From Polyangiaceae bacterium (GTDB lineage: Bacteria > Myxococcota_A > Polyangia > Polyangiales > Polyangiaceae), in contig JBILLK010000027.1 in the NCBI GenBank assembly GCA_044376115.1, forward strand, positions 77,566 through 141,565: a stretch of 64,000 nt of DNA, read 5' to 3'. Both the position numbers and the translations under genes were made by a program. The notes beneath the pieces were generated by a model. The model was not told the origin of the DNA. It saw nothing but the letters and a program-made list of their open reading frames with translations, and searched no databases. Shown here one piece after another: positions 51,799 through 61,196 of the stretch (position 1 is its first letter; the number at the start of each line of letters is the position of its first letter).

Positions 51799-52956
51799 AT
51801 GATCATGGACATGAAACTGCAAGTTGAGTGGGCGCCCAAAGGCGAGAGCCCGACCCCAGCGGAGCTACTCAAGTACTTCGTCGAGGCGCTCCAGGCGTTT
51901 GGCTGGGAGGTCGTTTGGGCAGAAGAGACCGGCACCAGCAAACGCGAAGTCTTTCGGCCTGCGCGCGCGGCTGAGTTGATGGAGTGGTTCGGCTCTCTCC
52001 GCGCCGGGTGGGAAACGTCCGCGCGGGAGACTGACGAACTACTCAATCTGTTCATGCAACCAGAGCCGGGACCTGGGGCCGGGCTCTATGCGCTCAGCGC
52101 CCTTCCGGTGGCAGGAGTGGTGAACGGGCAAGCGCGACGAAGGCTCTATGCAGGCGGCGTGATTCCTGACTGCACTCTCGATACTGCGCGAAAAATCCTG
52201 AGAAAACTTGTTCACCTTTCTGGCGCCCGATTGGCGACGGTCGGGCCTACTCGATACCACGATAGACTCGCTGCTAGCTTGCTCTATCTCGACGCTGAGG
52301 GACGTCGTTGGTTCGCCCACAATGCTCCCAACGTGAAACTCGCGGGCGACGAGACCGGTGGCGCTTGGGTCTTGGCGCACGGCGAGGCGCTGACCTCCCA
52401 AAGTGAACACGCGCGCGCCGCCAACGCTGCGCTTACAAAGACACTGTGGGACTGGTACGAGGCGACGTCGAGACCCAAGCCGCAAGGGGAGGACAAAACC
52501 TTGGGCGCTGCGCCACCGGCAGGAGGGCCAGAGGTGCTGTCGCATCCTTCACCGCGACCCGCGCCGCCGAGCCTCGGTGCGCAGGCTTCAGTCGATCTCG
52601 ATAGGACCTTCCCGCCAACGCCGTTTCTTGGGCCGGCTTTGCCGTTCATTGCTCGAGTGGGTCAGGCGTCGCTTCCCCCAACTCCGCTAGCGTCGGGGGA
52701 CCAGTCGGGCGAGACGGTGGCGCTCGGAGAACTACCGCTCTTGATTCAGGGCTTCAGCTTGCCGCGCTACGCCCGCCTGCGTGCCGCGCTCAGCCAAAAT
52801 GGGGAGGAGCACGGACCAACGCTGGCTTCGTTCGGTCTCGACGTAAACAGCAAGCGCAGCTTGCAACAAGCCTTCTTCGAGGTGTTTCAAGCCCAACCGC
52901 AACTGCTCCCAACCTTCAGCCAATTGGTCGAAGTCGCGAAGCTGAGGCAAGGTTGA
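51799..52956 (+). CDS. hypothetical T6SS-associated protein (globular N-terminus, Pro-rich linker, helical tail)
   Basis: AAGGAG RBS; lies between vgrG and the large unknown gene. Confidence 0.65.
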   Translation: MIMDMKLQVEWAPKGESPTPAELLKYFVEALQAFGWEVVWAEETGTSKREVFRPARAAELMEWFGSLRAGWETSARETDELLNLFMQPEPGPGAGLYALSALPVAGVVNGQARRRLYAGGVIPDCTLDTARKILRKLVHLSGARLATVGPTRYHDRLAASLLYLDAEGRRWFAHNAPNVKLAGDETGGAWVLAHGEALTSQSEHARAANAALTKTLWDWYEATSRPKPQGEDKTLGAAPPAGGPEVLSHPSPRPAPPSLGAQASVDLDRTFPPTPFLGPALPFIARVGQASLPPTPLASGDQSGETVALGELPLLIQGFSLPRYARLRAALSQNGEEHGPTLASFGLDVNSKRSLQQAFFEVFQAQPQLLPTFSQLVEVAKLRQG

Positions 52957-52957
52957 A

Positions 52958-55072
52958 ATGGCCAGTTTAATCGAACAAATCTTCGCCGCGATGCCGCTCA
53001 AGGCTGCGGCGCAGGCTGCGGAAGACGGCCATAAGGTAAACAACATCCCCGTCACGACGTTTCAAGGCGCCCAGCTGTCGCGGCTACTCGATTACTGCTG
53101 GCCGCTCCCTGAGAAAGATTTCAAGGGTACGCCGGTGGACGCCCTGATTCCGAATGTCGAAGGCGCGCGCGACGGAAACAATCCAAACATTGAGCTGTGG
53201 AGCTATCGACAGGGAGGCATGCCCAACCAGTTCGAGTCGCTCACCTGCCGAGTGATCAGCGATGGTTTCCGCAAGTACTCCGTCTGCGACGAGATCCGCT
53301 TCGGCCGGGTTCTCCCGCCAGCAACCTTCAAAGACAGCGTGACCGTTACGGTGCTCGGAAAGACGTATGAACTTCCACTATCTCCGGAGTTTCTACTCCG
53401 TACCTTTCGTACCGCATCTGGATTGAAGAACGAGGCCAAGCGGGCGCTCCAGTTGAGTCCGGGCACCAAGCCAGTGAACTTCTATCCGCTCGAGGCCACC
53501 TACGACTGCGGGACGGTTCATGCCTTTGTCTACGACCTACCGCTCGAGGTGGATACCGTTGAGAACCCGGACGCACCGGAATGGCCGGAGCTGCCGGTGC
53601 CCGCCGTCGGTCCAAGCGTCCCACCACACAAGGTGGGAAGTTCCTTCATCCAAGTAACCAGTCCGTTAGCGGTGACCGACTCAACGGCGAACGATGTGCT
53701 GACCTCCAACCTCGACACAGCCACGCGACTTGCTGTCTTGCCGAGACGCGAAAGGGAAGTCGCTAAGGGGGGCTCCGATCCGGTGGGCAATACCCTCCTA
53801 TTCGACGACGAGTGGCACCCGATTCCGGAGGAAGTATGGGCGCAAACCAATGGTCCCCCAGCCGGCGTCGCGCTGCTACCCGCGCGAGTTTTGGTGCTCG
53901 TCTCGTTAACACCGTGTCGCGAGAAGGATGACTACACTCCTGCACCCGGTGGAATCGCGTCGCTGACCGGTATGGCGCGGTTTTTCCCCCAGATCGTGGT
54001 GAAGGCGACAATCCCGCTCGAGCACGTGGATACGGCCATACGGTTCACGCGGCCCAAGCGCACCACCATTGAGGACGGCAAGCCGTGCGGCTGCGACGAG
54101 ATGAAGGACGAGATCTTCATGAGCCTGTACGCCGACCGCAACGAGATTACCCCGCTACCGGAGCCGCTTGCGGTGGTGGTCGGAGGGGTCGTTGGCGCGG
54201 GGGCCAGTATGGGGCAGACGACTACGCCCAACTGGAGCTTTATATTTAACTACCGCACGCGGGAGCCTACGCAGTTCCTGGGATCCCTGCTCACGGTCGT
54301 GAACCCCGCCCTTACGAAGGTTCGCGCGTTGCAAGATGCGGTGGAACGAAACGGCAAGTCGAGCGAGATTACCAAGCTGCGAAGGCAGGCTAGCTTCGAC
54401 AACATCCATTGCGCTCCACGGATGAAGTTCCCGCCCGGGACGCGCGTACGACAGTGGCTGCCCGGGCTTCCACCCCAGGCCCATCCAGACGTGGCGCTCG
54501 AAGACGTTGAGGTAAAGTCCGGCCACTCGGTGGATCTCCTCGACGTGGTAATGGCACCGTTTTGCGCGCATGACTGCTTTCACCTGCATTGGCGCTGGAC
54601 GGATTCCAGCGTGCAGGAGGGGCAGATGGGCTGGTCCGAGACGGCTCCGTTTTGCAGGCCCGGTGCCACGATGATCCCACAGCACCACAAGCTGCAGCTC
54701 CTTGTCGAGGGCAACAATCAGTTCGTGCTGGTCGAAGAAGCGCAGACGGCAGCGGCAAAGCCTATTCCGGCAGATACGTTCGAGATCTTCTACAGCTTTG
54801 GAGCGGCGTTCGCGGTTAGTGCGTGGACCCTGGGGGCGGCGGCAGTCCGTGAGCAGGTTGCCCGCTCTTCCCCTGTCTACTTCGTTGACCCGGCCAACCC
54901 AACGGAACGGATCGACGCGTCGAACTCGTGGACAGCCTTCTATGTAAAGATGCAGTACTTCTTCGAGGTTGCTCCGCTCAAGCCCACGCAGATGAGCACG
55001 GATCCTCGAGGGCTGATTGCGAGTGAACGGCTGTTGCAGATGGTGCCGCTGAAGAAGTTGATGAACCTATGA
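52958..55072 (+). CDS. 704-aa hypothetical protein; candidate T6SS effector
   Basis: In a vgrG-PAAR operon; His/Cys motifs NIHCAPRM and CAHDCFHLHWRW. Confidence 0.7.
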   Translation: MASLIEQIFAAMPLKAAAQAAEDGHKVNNIPVTTFQGAQLSRLLDYCWPLPEKDFKGTPVDALIPNVEGARDGNNPNIELWSYRQGGMPNQFESLTCRVISDGFRKYSVCDEIRFGRVLPPATFKDSVTVTVLGKTYELPLSPEFLLRTFRTASGLKNEAKRALQLSPGTKPVNFYPLEATYDCGTVHAFVYDLPLEVDTVENPDAPEWPELPVPAVGPSVPPHKVGSSFIQVTSPLAVTDSTANDVLTSNLDTATRLAVLPRREREVAKGGSDPVGNTLLFDDEWHPIPEEVWAQTNGPPAGVALLPARVLVLVSLTPCREKDDYTPAPGGIASLTGMARFFPQIVVKATIPLEHVDTAIRFTRPKRTTIEDGKPCGCDEMKDEIFMSLYADRNEITPLPEPLAVVVGGVVGAGASMGQTTTPNWSFIFNYRTREPTQFLGSLLTVVNPALTKVRALQDAVERNGKSSEITKLRRQASFDNIHCAPRMKFPPGTRVRQWLPGLPPQAHPDVALEDVEVKSGHSVDLLDVVMAPFCAHDCFHLHWRWTDSSVQEGQMGWSETAPFCRPGATMIPQHHKLQLLVEGNNQFVLVEEAQTAAAKPIPADTFEIFYSFGAAFAVSAWTLGAAAVREQVARSSPVYFVDPANPTERIDASNSWTAFYVKMQYFFEVAPLKPTQMSTDPRGLIASERLLQMVPLKKLMNL

Positions 55073-55734
55073 GTACGCAGCTTCGTACACTGCTTGCCCT
55101 GGCTCTTTCCACAGCGTTGGGCTGCAAGCCCGACGCGGATCAGCAGGGCATTGTGGTCGACTTGGGCGAGCCGCGTGCCAACAGTTCTGTGGACCGTTCA
55201 CTCGAGTTCGGCTGCGTCGAGTTTCTGCACCTTACGTTCGTGCACGACGAGCTGCCCCCCGATCTCTACGAGTTTCGGCTGGCAGCCAGTGGCCGTGAAG
55301 CAAGGTGCGAGTTCATGCTGCCGTATCAGGGCCGGCGTATTCGGCAAGAGTGCTTCGTTCGCGAGTACCCCACCTGGAAGCCCAAGTGCCCTGACTATTG
55401 CGCTGAGTATTGCACCAAGGGGAAAGTAGACTTCCCGCCTTTTTCCTGCACGGGCGACCTCAAAGTTCAGCTGGCCTCTCGGAAGCTGACTGAGCCTCAC
55501 CGTCAAGGTGGCGTCGTAGCCTTTGAAGATGCACCAACGTTCATGCTCACCGAGGTTCCTGACTCGCTCGAGTTCACCTTGCTCCGCGACGGTCAGGTCG
55601 TTCGTCGCGAGACCATTCGGCCCGACTACCGCTTATTCGCCCCGAACGAAGGAGCCCAGCCCGTGTGTCGGCAAGCCTTAGTTGATGTTGGAGGGAAGGC
55701 GGCCGCGCCTGTTGAGAAGGAGCCCTCTCAATGA
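55069..55734 (+). CDS. Cys-rich lipoprotein; candidate periplasmic immunity protein
   Basis: ALGC lipobox; ATGA overlaps with both neighbours. Confidence 0.65.
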   Translation: MSTQLRTLLALALSTALGCKPDADQQGIVVDLGEPRANSSVDRSLEFGCVEFLHLTFVHDELPPDLYEFRLAASGREARCEFMLPYQGRRIRQECFVREYPTWKPKCPDYCAEYCTKGKVDFPPFSCTGDLKVQLASRKLTEPHRQGGVVAFEDAPTFMLTEVPDSLEFTLLRDGQVVRRETIRPDYRLFAPNEGAQPVCRQALVDVGGKAAAPVEKEPSQ

Positions 55735-56114
55735 AGCCCGTAGCCAAACAAGGCGATTGCATTGTAGCCGTGGACGTTCATCTGGTGATCGCCGAGGGCG
55801 GTGGCAAGCCGGAGCCCATGTCGCTACCGTTTAATGGGGTATTGGTTGAACGGCTCTCGGTGGACGTGCTTTCAGAGAACTTTGCGGTAGCAACGGTGGG
55901 TAGCTTGGCGAAGCAATCGCCGGGTCACGTGGTGAGTCCGAAGACGTTTGCCAAGCCGCCGTCGAATAAAGGGCTGGTGGTCGTGGGCTCGGCGACGGTG
56001 CTGGTGAACAACCAAGCGATTGCGCGGCACGGTGATACGGCGGAGACCTGCAATGACCCAGCGGATGCGCCTGTTGGGAGCGTGGTCGCGGTGGGAACGG
56101 TGCTGGCCGGCTAG
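55731..56114 (+). CDS. PAAR domain protein
   Basis: PVAKQGD, GSATVLVNNQAIARHGD, CNDP, TVLAG. Confidence 0.9.
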   Translation: MKPVAKQGDCIVAVDVHLVIAEGGGKPEPMSLPFNGVLVERLSVDVLSENFAVATVGSLAKQSPGHVVSPKTFAKPPSNKGLVVVGSATVLVNNQAIARHGDTAETCNDPADAPVGSVVAVGTVLAG

Positions 56115-56304
56115 CGCTCTCAGCTCCGACGAGCTGTTGTCTGCTCGCAACAGGTTGTCGCCTTCCTGTTGGCTGGCCACATCAGCTTGCTGAGGGGCCA
56201 TGCGATTGGAGCTTGTAACGTTGCAAGAAAGCCTACTCCGAGGCGCTCAAGACGCGGGATAGGTCGTCGAATAGCGGTGGCGCAGGTCGTGCAGTGCGTT
56301 CGTC

Positions 56305-58800
56305 ATGGAGAACGCCCGCCTTCACTTTCCGGACATGCTCGACGCGCAGGAGCTATCGGTTCGGACCTTCAAGATCGAAGAAGAGATCAACGGCCTGTTC
56401 ACGGTGTGCGTTCGAGCGGTCACCACGTTCGAGTCGTTGGATCTTTCGGCGCTGGTTGGTCACTCCGCTGAACTCACGCTGGTCGTCAATGAAGCCCGCC
56501 GATGGCAAGGTGTCTGCACGTCAGCTGAGTTCGTGCGAGCCTCCGAGACGCGGGAGGGGCTAGCAACCTATGACCTCATCCTGAGGCCAACCCTTTGGCG
56601 CTTGACGCAGCGGCGAGGCAACCGGCTCTTTCAACACGCGACGATCCCCGAGATCGTCACTCGCATCCTGCGCGAGTGGGGCATTGAGCATCAATGGCAG
56701 GTCGCTCCGGATTCCTATCCCAGCCTGGAACTGCGCACTCAGTTTGATGAGTCGGACTTCGCTTTTGTATCCCGTCTACTCGAAGAGTCGGGGATATCTT
56801 ATTGGACCGCGCCGGACCAAATCCTCATTTTGGGCGACGCGCCACAATCCAATCAGGAGCGTCCAGGCACCCCCATTCCGTTCGTTGATGAAGCTGCCTC
56901 GGCTCACGCGAGCCGTACCCCGTTCATAACTCGCCTTCGACTTCGGGAGGAGTCACTGCCTGGGCGAGTAACGCTGCGTGACTATGACTTTCGCCGCCCG
57001 CGTCACGTGCTGACGGCTCAAGCCGATTCAGAGCGAACGGAGGAGTTGGCGCATGAGCAATATGCTTTTAGTCCAGGCGCTTCGCTGAGTGAGTTGGATG
57101 CCGGTCTCGAACGCCATCGAGCCACTCCGGTTGCGGACGATCTGGGAGTCGCCCGCTTTCGCGAGGTGCGCCTTACAGCGGAAGCACGGCTGCAAGTTGA
57201 AGCCGTTCACGCTGAGCGTAGGCTCATAACCTTCGAGACAAACATTGTCGACGTAGCGCCAGGGACCGTGTTCCGAATACTCAATCACCCGCGACAAGAC
57301 CTTGGGGTGGACCGTAGTTTGTTAGCCATAAAGCTGTTGCTAGAGGGCGACGTTACGAAGGCCGAAACCTGGCGGTTTACTGTTGCCGCCGTAACGACAA
57401 GCCACAACTTTCGACCCAGGAGAGCCACAGCGAAGCCCCGGATCTACGGGCTCTTGAATGCAGTAGTAGTTGGAGCCTCCTCCAATCCAACTGGCCGAAA
57501 GGTGCTACCAGGTGGCGTCGGCGACCTATCCAATACCCCGCTCTCGACGCAAGATGTTGCTCAGTCTTTGACCGACAATGACATCTACGTAGACGAACAT
57601 GGCCGTGTGCGAGTCCAGTTTCCTTGGGACCGCGAGAGTGAATTTGGAAGCGAGGCTTCGATCTGGATGCGAGTCAGTCATGGCTGGGCTGGGTCGGGTT
57701 ACGGAATGTTCACGGTTCCGCGGGTAGGCCACGAGGTTCTGATTGCATATCTAAACGGTGATCCCGACTGCCCTGTGATTGTCGGAAGCGTACACAATGA
57801 AGCGCAGGCCGTGCCGTTTCCGCTGCCCGAGAACAAGACGGTAAGCACCTGGAAAACGGCCAGCTCGCCGGGTGGCGGAGGCTTCAACGAGTTGCGCTTC
57901 GACGATGCGCGCGGTCGTGAGCATGTCTACGTCCAAGCGCAGAAGGACATGGATCAGCTTGTTAAGAACAACTCCAAAGAGTCCGTCGGCGGCGACAGGT
58001 CGCGCTTCGTACAGAACGACGACGGCGTGGCGGTTGGACATGACCGAACCAAGTTCGTCAACATGAACGAGCTCGAGGCGACGGGGCTCAATCGAGTGCA
58101 GTTCGTCGGTCTCAACCATACCCGTTCCGTCGGCGCAGAAGAGAGTACGCAGGTCGGTACCCGCTGGAGCGTGACGGTCGCCCGCGGCATGACCACTCGC
58201 ATGGTCAAAGAACTCGACCGACTGGCCAATAGCTTGGGCGGGGTCATGCGTGCTGCGGCCACCTCAACCTTGGGGGCCATCGGCTCCGACCCGTTGGCCA
58301 AAGCGGCAGATGCAGCGCTGGCGGGTTTTGGGCGCAAAGCGTTCGACACCTTGACCGGGGTGCTTAACCTACAATCGGGCTTCGACACAGACCCTGGCCC
58401 AGCCCCCACGTCAATCGAAGTAGTCGATAGGAAGATCACATTTACGACGGGTGAGGCTTCCATCGTCCTCGACGGGCCGAACGTCACCATTACAGCACAA
58501 GGCGCAATCAGCTTTCACAGCATGGGTGACACTGTGGTGCTCGCGGAGCGTGAGCTTGCGTTGGCTGGTCGCGAGAAGGTGGCGCTTGTCTCGGCCACGG
58601 ATGACCTCATTCTGCAGGCCAAGAAGGACCTTCACCTAAACCCCTATGAAAGCTCGACGGAGCTGGAAGCGGCCGACGGCCTCGAGGGCGATCCGGTGGC
58701 AGATGCCATGCGCTGTGGAGTGTGTTCAGGAGCGCTGCTGCTTGGACCTGAGGGGTGGTTCTGCCCAAATGACATGGAAGAAATGGAGGAACAGTCATGA
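56305..58800 (+). CDS. vgrG: VgrG with internal insertions and Cys-containing C-terminal tail
   Basis: QFDESDFAF, DYDF, VDEHGRVRVQFPWDR, PRVGHEV, NGDPDCP, FNELRFDD, QAQKDM. Confidence 0.92.
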   Translation: MENARLHFPDMLDAQELSVRTFKIEEEINGLFTVCVRAVTTFESLDLSALVGHSAELTLVVNEARRWQGVCTSAEFVRASETREGLATYDLILRPTLWRLTQRRGNRLFQHATIPEIVTRILREWGIEHQWQVAPDSYPSLELRTQFDESDFAFVSRLLEESGISYWTAPDQILILGDAPQSNQERPGTPIPFVDEAASAHASRTPFITRLRLREESLPGRVTLRDYDFRRPRHVLTAQADSERTEELAHEQYAFSPGASLSELDAGLERHRATPVADDLGVARFREVRLTAEARLQVEAVHAERRLITFETNIVDVAPGTVFRILNHPRQDLGVDRSLLAIKLLLEGDVTKAETWRFTVAAVTTSHNFRPRRATAKPRIYGLLNAVVVGASSNPTGRKVLPGGVGDLSNTPLSTQDVAQSLTDNDIYVDEHGRVRVQFPWDRESEFGSEASIWMRVSHGWAGSGYGMFTVPRVGHEVLIAYLNGDPDCPVIVGSVHNEAQAVPFPLPENKTVSTWKTASSPGGGGFNELRFDDARGREHVYVQAQKDMDQLVKNNSKESVGGDRSRFVQNDDGVAVGHDRTKFVNMNELEATGLNRVQFVGLNHTRSVGAEESTQVGTRWSVTVARGMTTRMVKELDRLANSLGGVMRAAATSTLGAIGSDPLAKAADAALAGFGRKAFDTLTGVLNLQSGFDTDPGPAPTSIEVVDRKITFTTGEASIVLDGPNVTITAQGAISFHSMGDTVVLAERELALAGREKVALVSATDDLILQAKKDLHLNPYESSTELEAADGLEGDPVADAMRCGVCSGALLLGPEGWFCPNDMEEMEEQS

Positions 58801-59393
58801 CTAGCCAGTCGAGCAGCAACGAGGCCGATCCCGGCGTTTGGATATGGCACGCGTCGGACGGCTCCGATTTGAGGACCATGCACGATTTCATTTTCATGAA
58901 GACCCAAGACGGCTGTCGGATCTTCGAATGCTCCACCGGAGGAGCTTCGCGGGCAGTGGAGTCGCTACTGGGAGTATGCGGCTTTCGTGAAGGCGCCAGC
59001 TCAGGGGCCGAGGTCGTGGTTACTGAGGTCGAGGATCGCGGCGTCGTTCTGCAGCGCGGCTTCTGGGTGCCCTCGGGCGAGGAGCTTGAACTGGAGATGG
59101 TGATTCGGGCAGCGTTAAGTGGCAATCTTGGTGGCTTCTTTCCGGTTCTGGCGGCCGTCGCGACTTTCCATCGCTCGCCCGCCCACGCCTTTGAGCACGT
59201 CTGGGCCGCCGCTGGAAAACCGCGCATCGTACTGCGCCAACCGGATGTGGCTGGCGGGCCTGGTGGTATGTCCGCTCCTTCCAGTTTGCTCCAAGCTTCC
59301 TGGGGTTCCGTTCGCTATGCGCTCTCCTGTCAAGCGGCAGGAGAGAGCCAGCCTGAGTCCGCAACCAACGAGCCTTCGCAAGAAACGACCTGA
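58797..59393 (+). CDS. hypothetical protein coupled to vgrG
   Basis: ATGA overlap with the vgrG stop; GGAGG RBS. Confidence 0.6.
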   Translation: MTSQSSSNEADPGVWIWHASDGSDLRTMHDFIFMKTQDGCRIFECSTGGASRAVESLLGVCGFREGASSGAEVVVTEVEDRGVVLQRGFWVPSGEELELEMVIRAALSGNLGGFFPVLAAVATFHRSPAHAFEHVWAAAGKPRIVLRQPDVAGGPGGMSAPSSLLQASWGSVRYALSCQAAGESQPESATNEPSQETT

Positions 59394-59405
59394 GAGGAGG
59401 ACGAC

Positions 59406-60371
59406 ATGGGCCAACACTTTTCATCGACAGTTGAGGACGGCAGGCGCCGGATCCAGCAGCAACAACGCAGCATTGCTGAAGTCCAGCGCATCATGCGGGA
59501 AGGCTTTACCTTGCGTCGCGAGATTGGCTGGTATCCGTCCGAAGACAAGTACCAGCTATGCAATCCTGGCGGTAAGTTCCGCGCCAAGATCTCCTACACC
59601 GGTGAAGACGTAAAGTACTATGCTCCCAACTCCTCGGGGCGAGAGGTGCAGGTTGCAGGTCCGCCAACGAGTTCAGCCTTCGAGCTAATTCCGGACGTGT
59701 TCGACGTGTCCATCAATGTTCCGATTCAAGTCGCATCGTTGGTTGGCAATGCGTCTGGCGGCTTCATTCAGGCAGATACAAAGGAAGGCAGGCGCCAGTT
59801 TCACTCTGCCATCACGGAAGCGAGGGTCCAGGGGGCCGCTGGAACCAACGTGATATCTGAAGCTATTCAGGCTGCCTCCGACGTAGTCGATGCCGTCAAG
59901 TCTGGCGTGGTAGGTACACTGAAGTACCTCGCAAGCGGTGTGAACGGCTCTGTGGGGGGCATCAAGAATTGCCCCGTCCCCGCGGAGTTCGTAGGGCATA
60001 TTCGCATCTACACGGAGCGGGAGGGGTGGTTCAGTGAGGGCTCCGACATGAATGACCGCTACAGCTGGGTGTGGGCCAAAGCGTGGATGTGGCAACACGT
60101 CTACACGCTCAACTACGCAGACTGGCTAACTGGTAAAGCGCGGTGGAAGGACTGGCTGGATTTGCGGCGCACCGACAACCAACAAGCAGAGATGTACCTG
60201 TATCAACGCAATCGGTATGAAACAAGTCGCCTGCCGCCGGAGCTGAGGCTTCCTTACTACGGGCATCCCTTCCACAACTGGGCTGACTATCACCACTATC
60301 CAATCACTGCTCTCCCGCCCGACGTAAGGACCTTGAGGGCAGACGTTCGCCGGCGTCACTACGTGTACTGA
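59406..60371 (+). CDS. hypothetical protein; candidate effector (Trp/Tyr-rich C-terminus)
   Basis: AGGAGG RBS; in the vgrG operon. Confidence 0.7.
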   Translation: MGQHFSSTVEDGRRRIQQQQRSIAEVQRIMREGFTLRREIGWYPSEDKYQLCNPGGKFRAKISYTGEDVKYYAPNSSGREVQVAGPPTSSAFELIPDVFDVSINVPIQVASLVGNASGGFIQADTKEGRRQFHSAITEARVQGAAGTNVISEAIQAASDVVDAVKSGVVGTLKYLASGVNGSVGGIKNCPVPAEFVGHIRIYTEREGWFSEGSDMNDRYSWVWAKAWMWQHVYTLNYADWLTGKARWKDWLDLRRTDNQQAEMYLYQRNRYETSRLPPELRLPYYGHPFHNWADYHHYPITALPPDVRTLRADVRRRHYVY

Positions 60372-60378
60372 GGAAGTT

Positions 60379-61167
60379 ATGGCGTTTAAGAACATTGCAA
60401 AGTACGGTTATAAGCAAACACTGGCGAGTTCCGGAGCTTGGGCAGGTAAGCCGTGGGACCTAGGTGGTCGACGCACGATGACGTTCGCCATCACTAAAGA
60501 TCGAGCTGATCTGTTTGATATTGTGCTCTTTGGCCCCATAACAGAGCCGATGAAAGAGCAGCAGCGTCTCAATGCTGCGCTTGGTGTCGCGCTCGATGGC
60601 CCAGCAACCACGGATCGAATCCCCGCAAGTTTATCCAAGGGAGGATCGCTCGCGGTCCTGTTCGCGAACATGCTCGCTATCGCGAAGCCCTTCGCCAGCG
60701 ACAAGAAGTTCGTACAGATGTCACGGCGGGCCTTCGGCCTGGGTGCGCCCATCTATCACGGCAGCGCGAGCGCGAAGGAGCGCGAGCGGTCCACGTTTGC
60801 GGAGTCGATGAAGAAGCGTGACGGTTTTGGGCTGTTCACCGACTTGGGTTGGGTGGCTGACCACTATACCGATGTGATAGGCCAAGGGCCCTACTTCAAT
60901 GAGTCGGGCCAGCGATGGTGGGAGTCCGGCATCATCGTTCTGCCGTTGCCAACGGGTGATACCTCCAAGGGGTTGGTGTATCCCAAGGACCTCATCCTAC
61001 GAGTTCGAACCGACGTGGGCGGAAGCACGCTCTACCTGCAGCTCTACTACTTCTTGAACCACCAGCTGCGGCAGATGCATACAGGCATATTCACCCGAGC
61101 AACCACCGAGTACCTGATTCCTCCAGACTCCATCATCAAGATGGACGTCACTCAAACGTCAATCTAG
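60379..61167 (+). CDS. hypothetical protein; candidate effector or immunity protein
   Basis: GAGG RBS, 7-bp gap to the previous gene. Confidence 0.7.
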   Translation: MAFKNIAKYGYKQTLASSGAWAGKPWDLGGRRTMTFAITKDRADLFDIVLFGPITEPMKEQQRLNAALGVALDGPATTDRIPASLSKGGSLAVLFANMLAIAKPFASDKKFVQMSRRAFGLGAPIYHGSASAKERERSTFAESMKKRDGFGLFTDLGWVADHYTDVIGQGPYFNESGQRWWESGIIVLPLPTGDTSKGLVYPKDLILRVRTDVGGSTLYLQLYYFLNHQLRQMHTGIFTRATTEYLIPPDSIIKMDVTQTSI

Positions 61168-61196
61168 GAGAGACTCCCGGCGCCGCGGTCAACGAG

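Noticed and set aside
13169..52055. Long antisense or alternate-frame ORFs (e.g. 13169..14179, 14597..15409, 24186..25058, 31404..32402, 33259..34134, 51102..52055)
   Set aside because: Shadow ORFs expected in high-GC coding DNA; they overlap well-supported genes and have no motifs.
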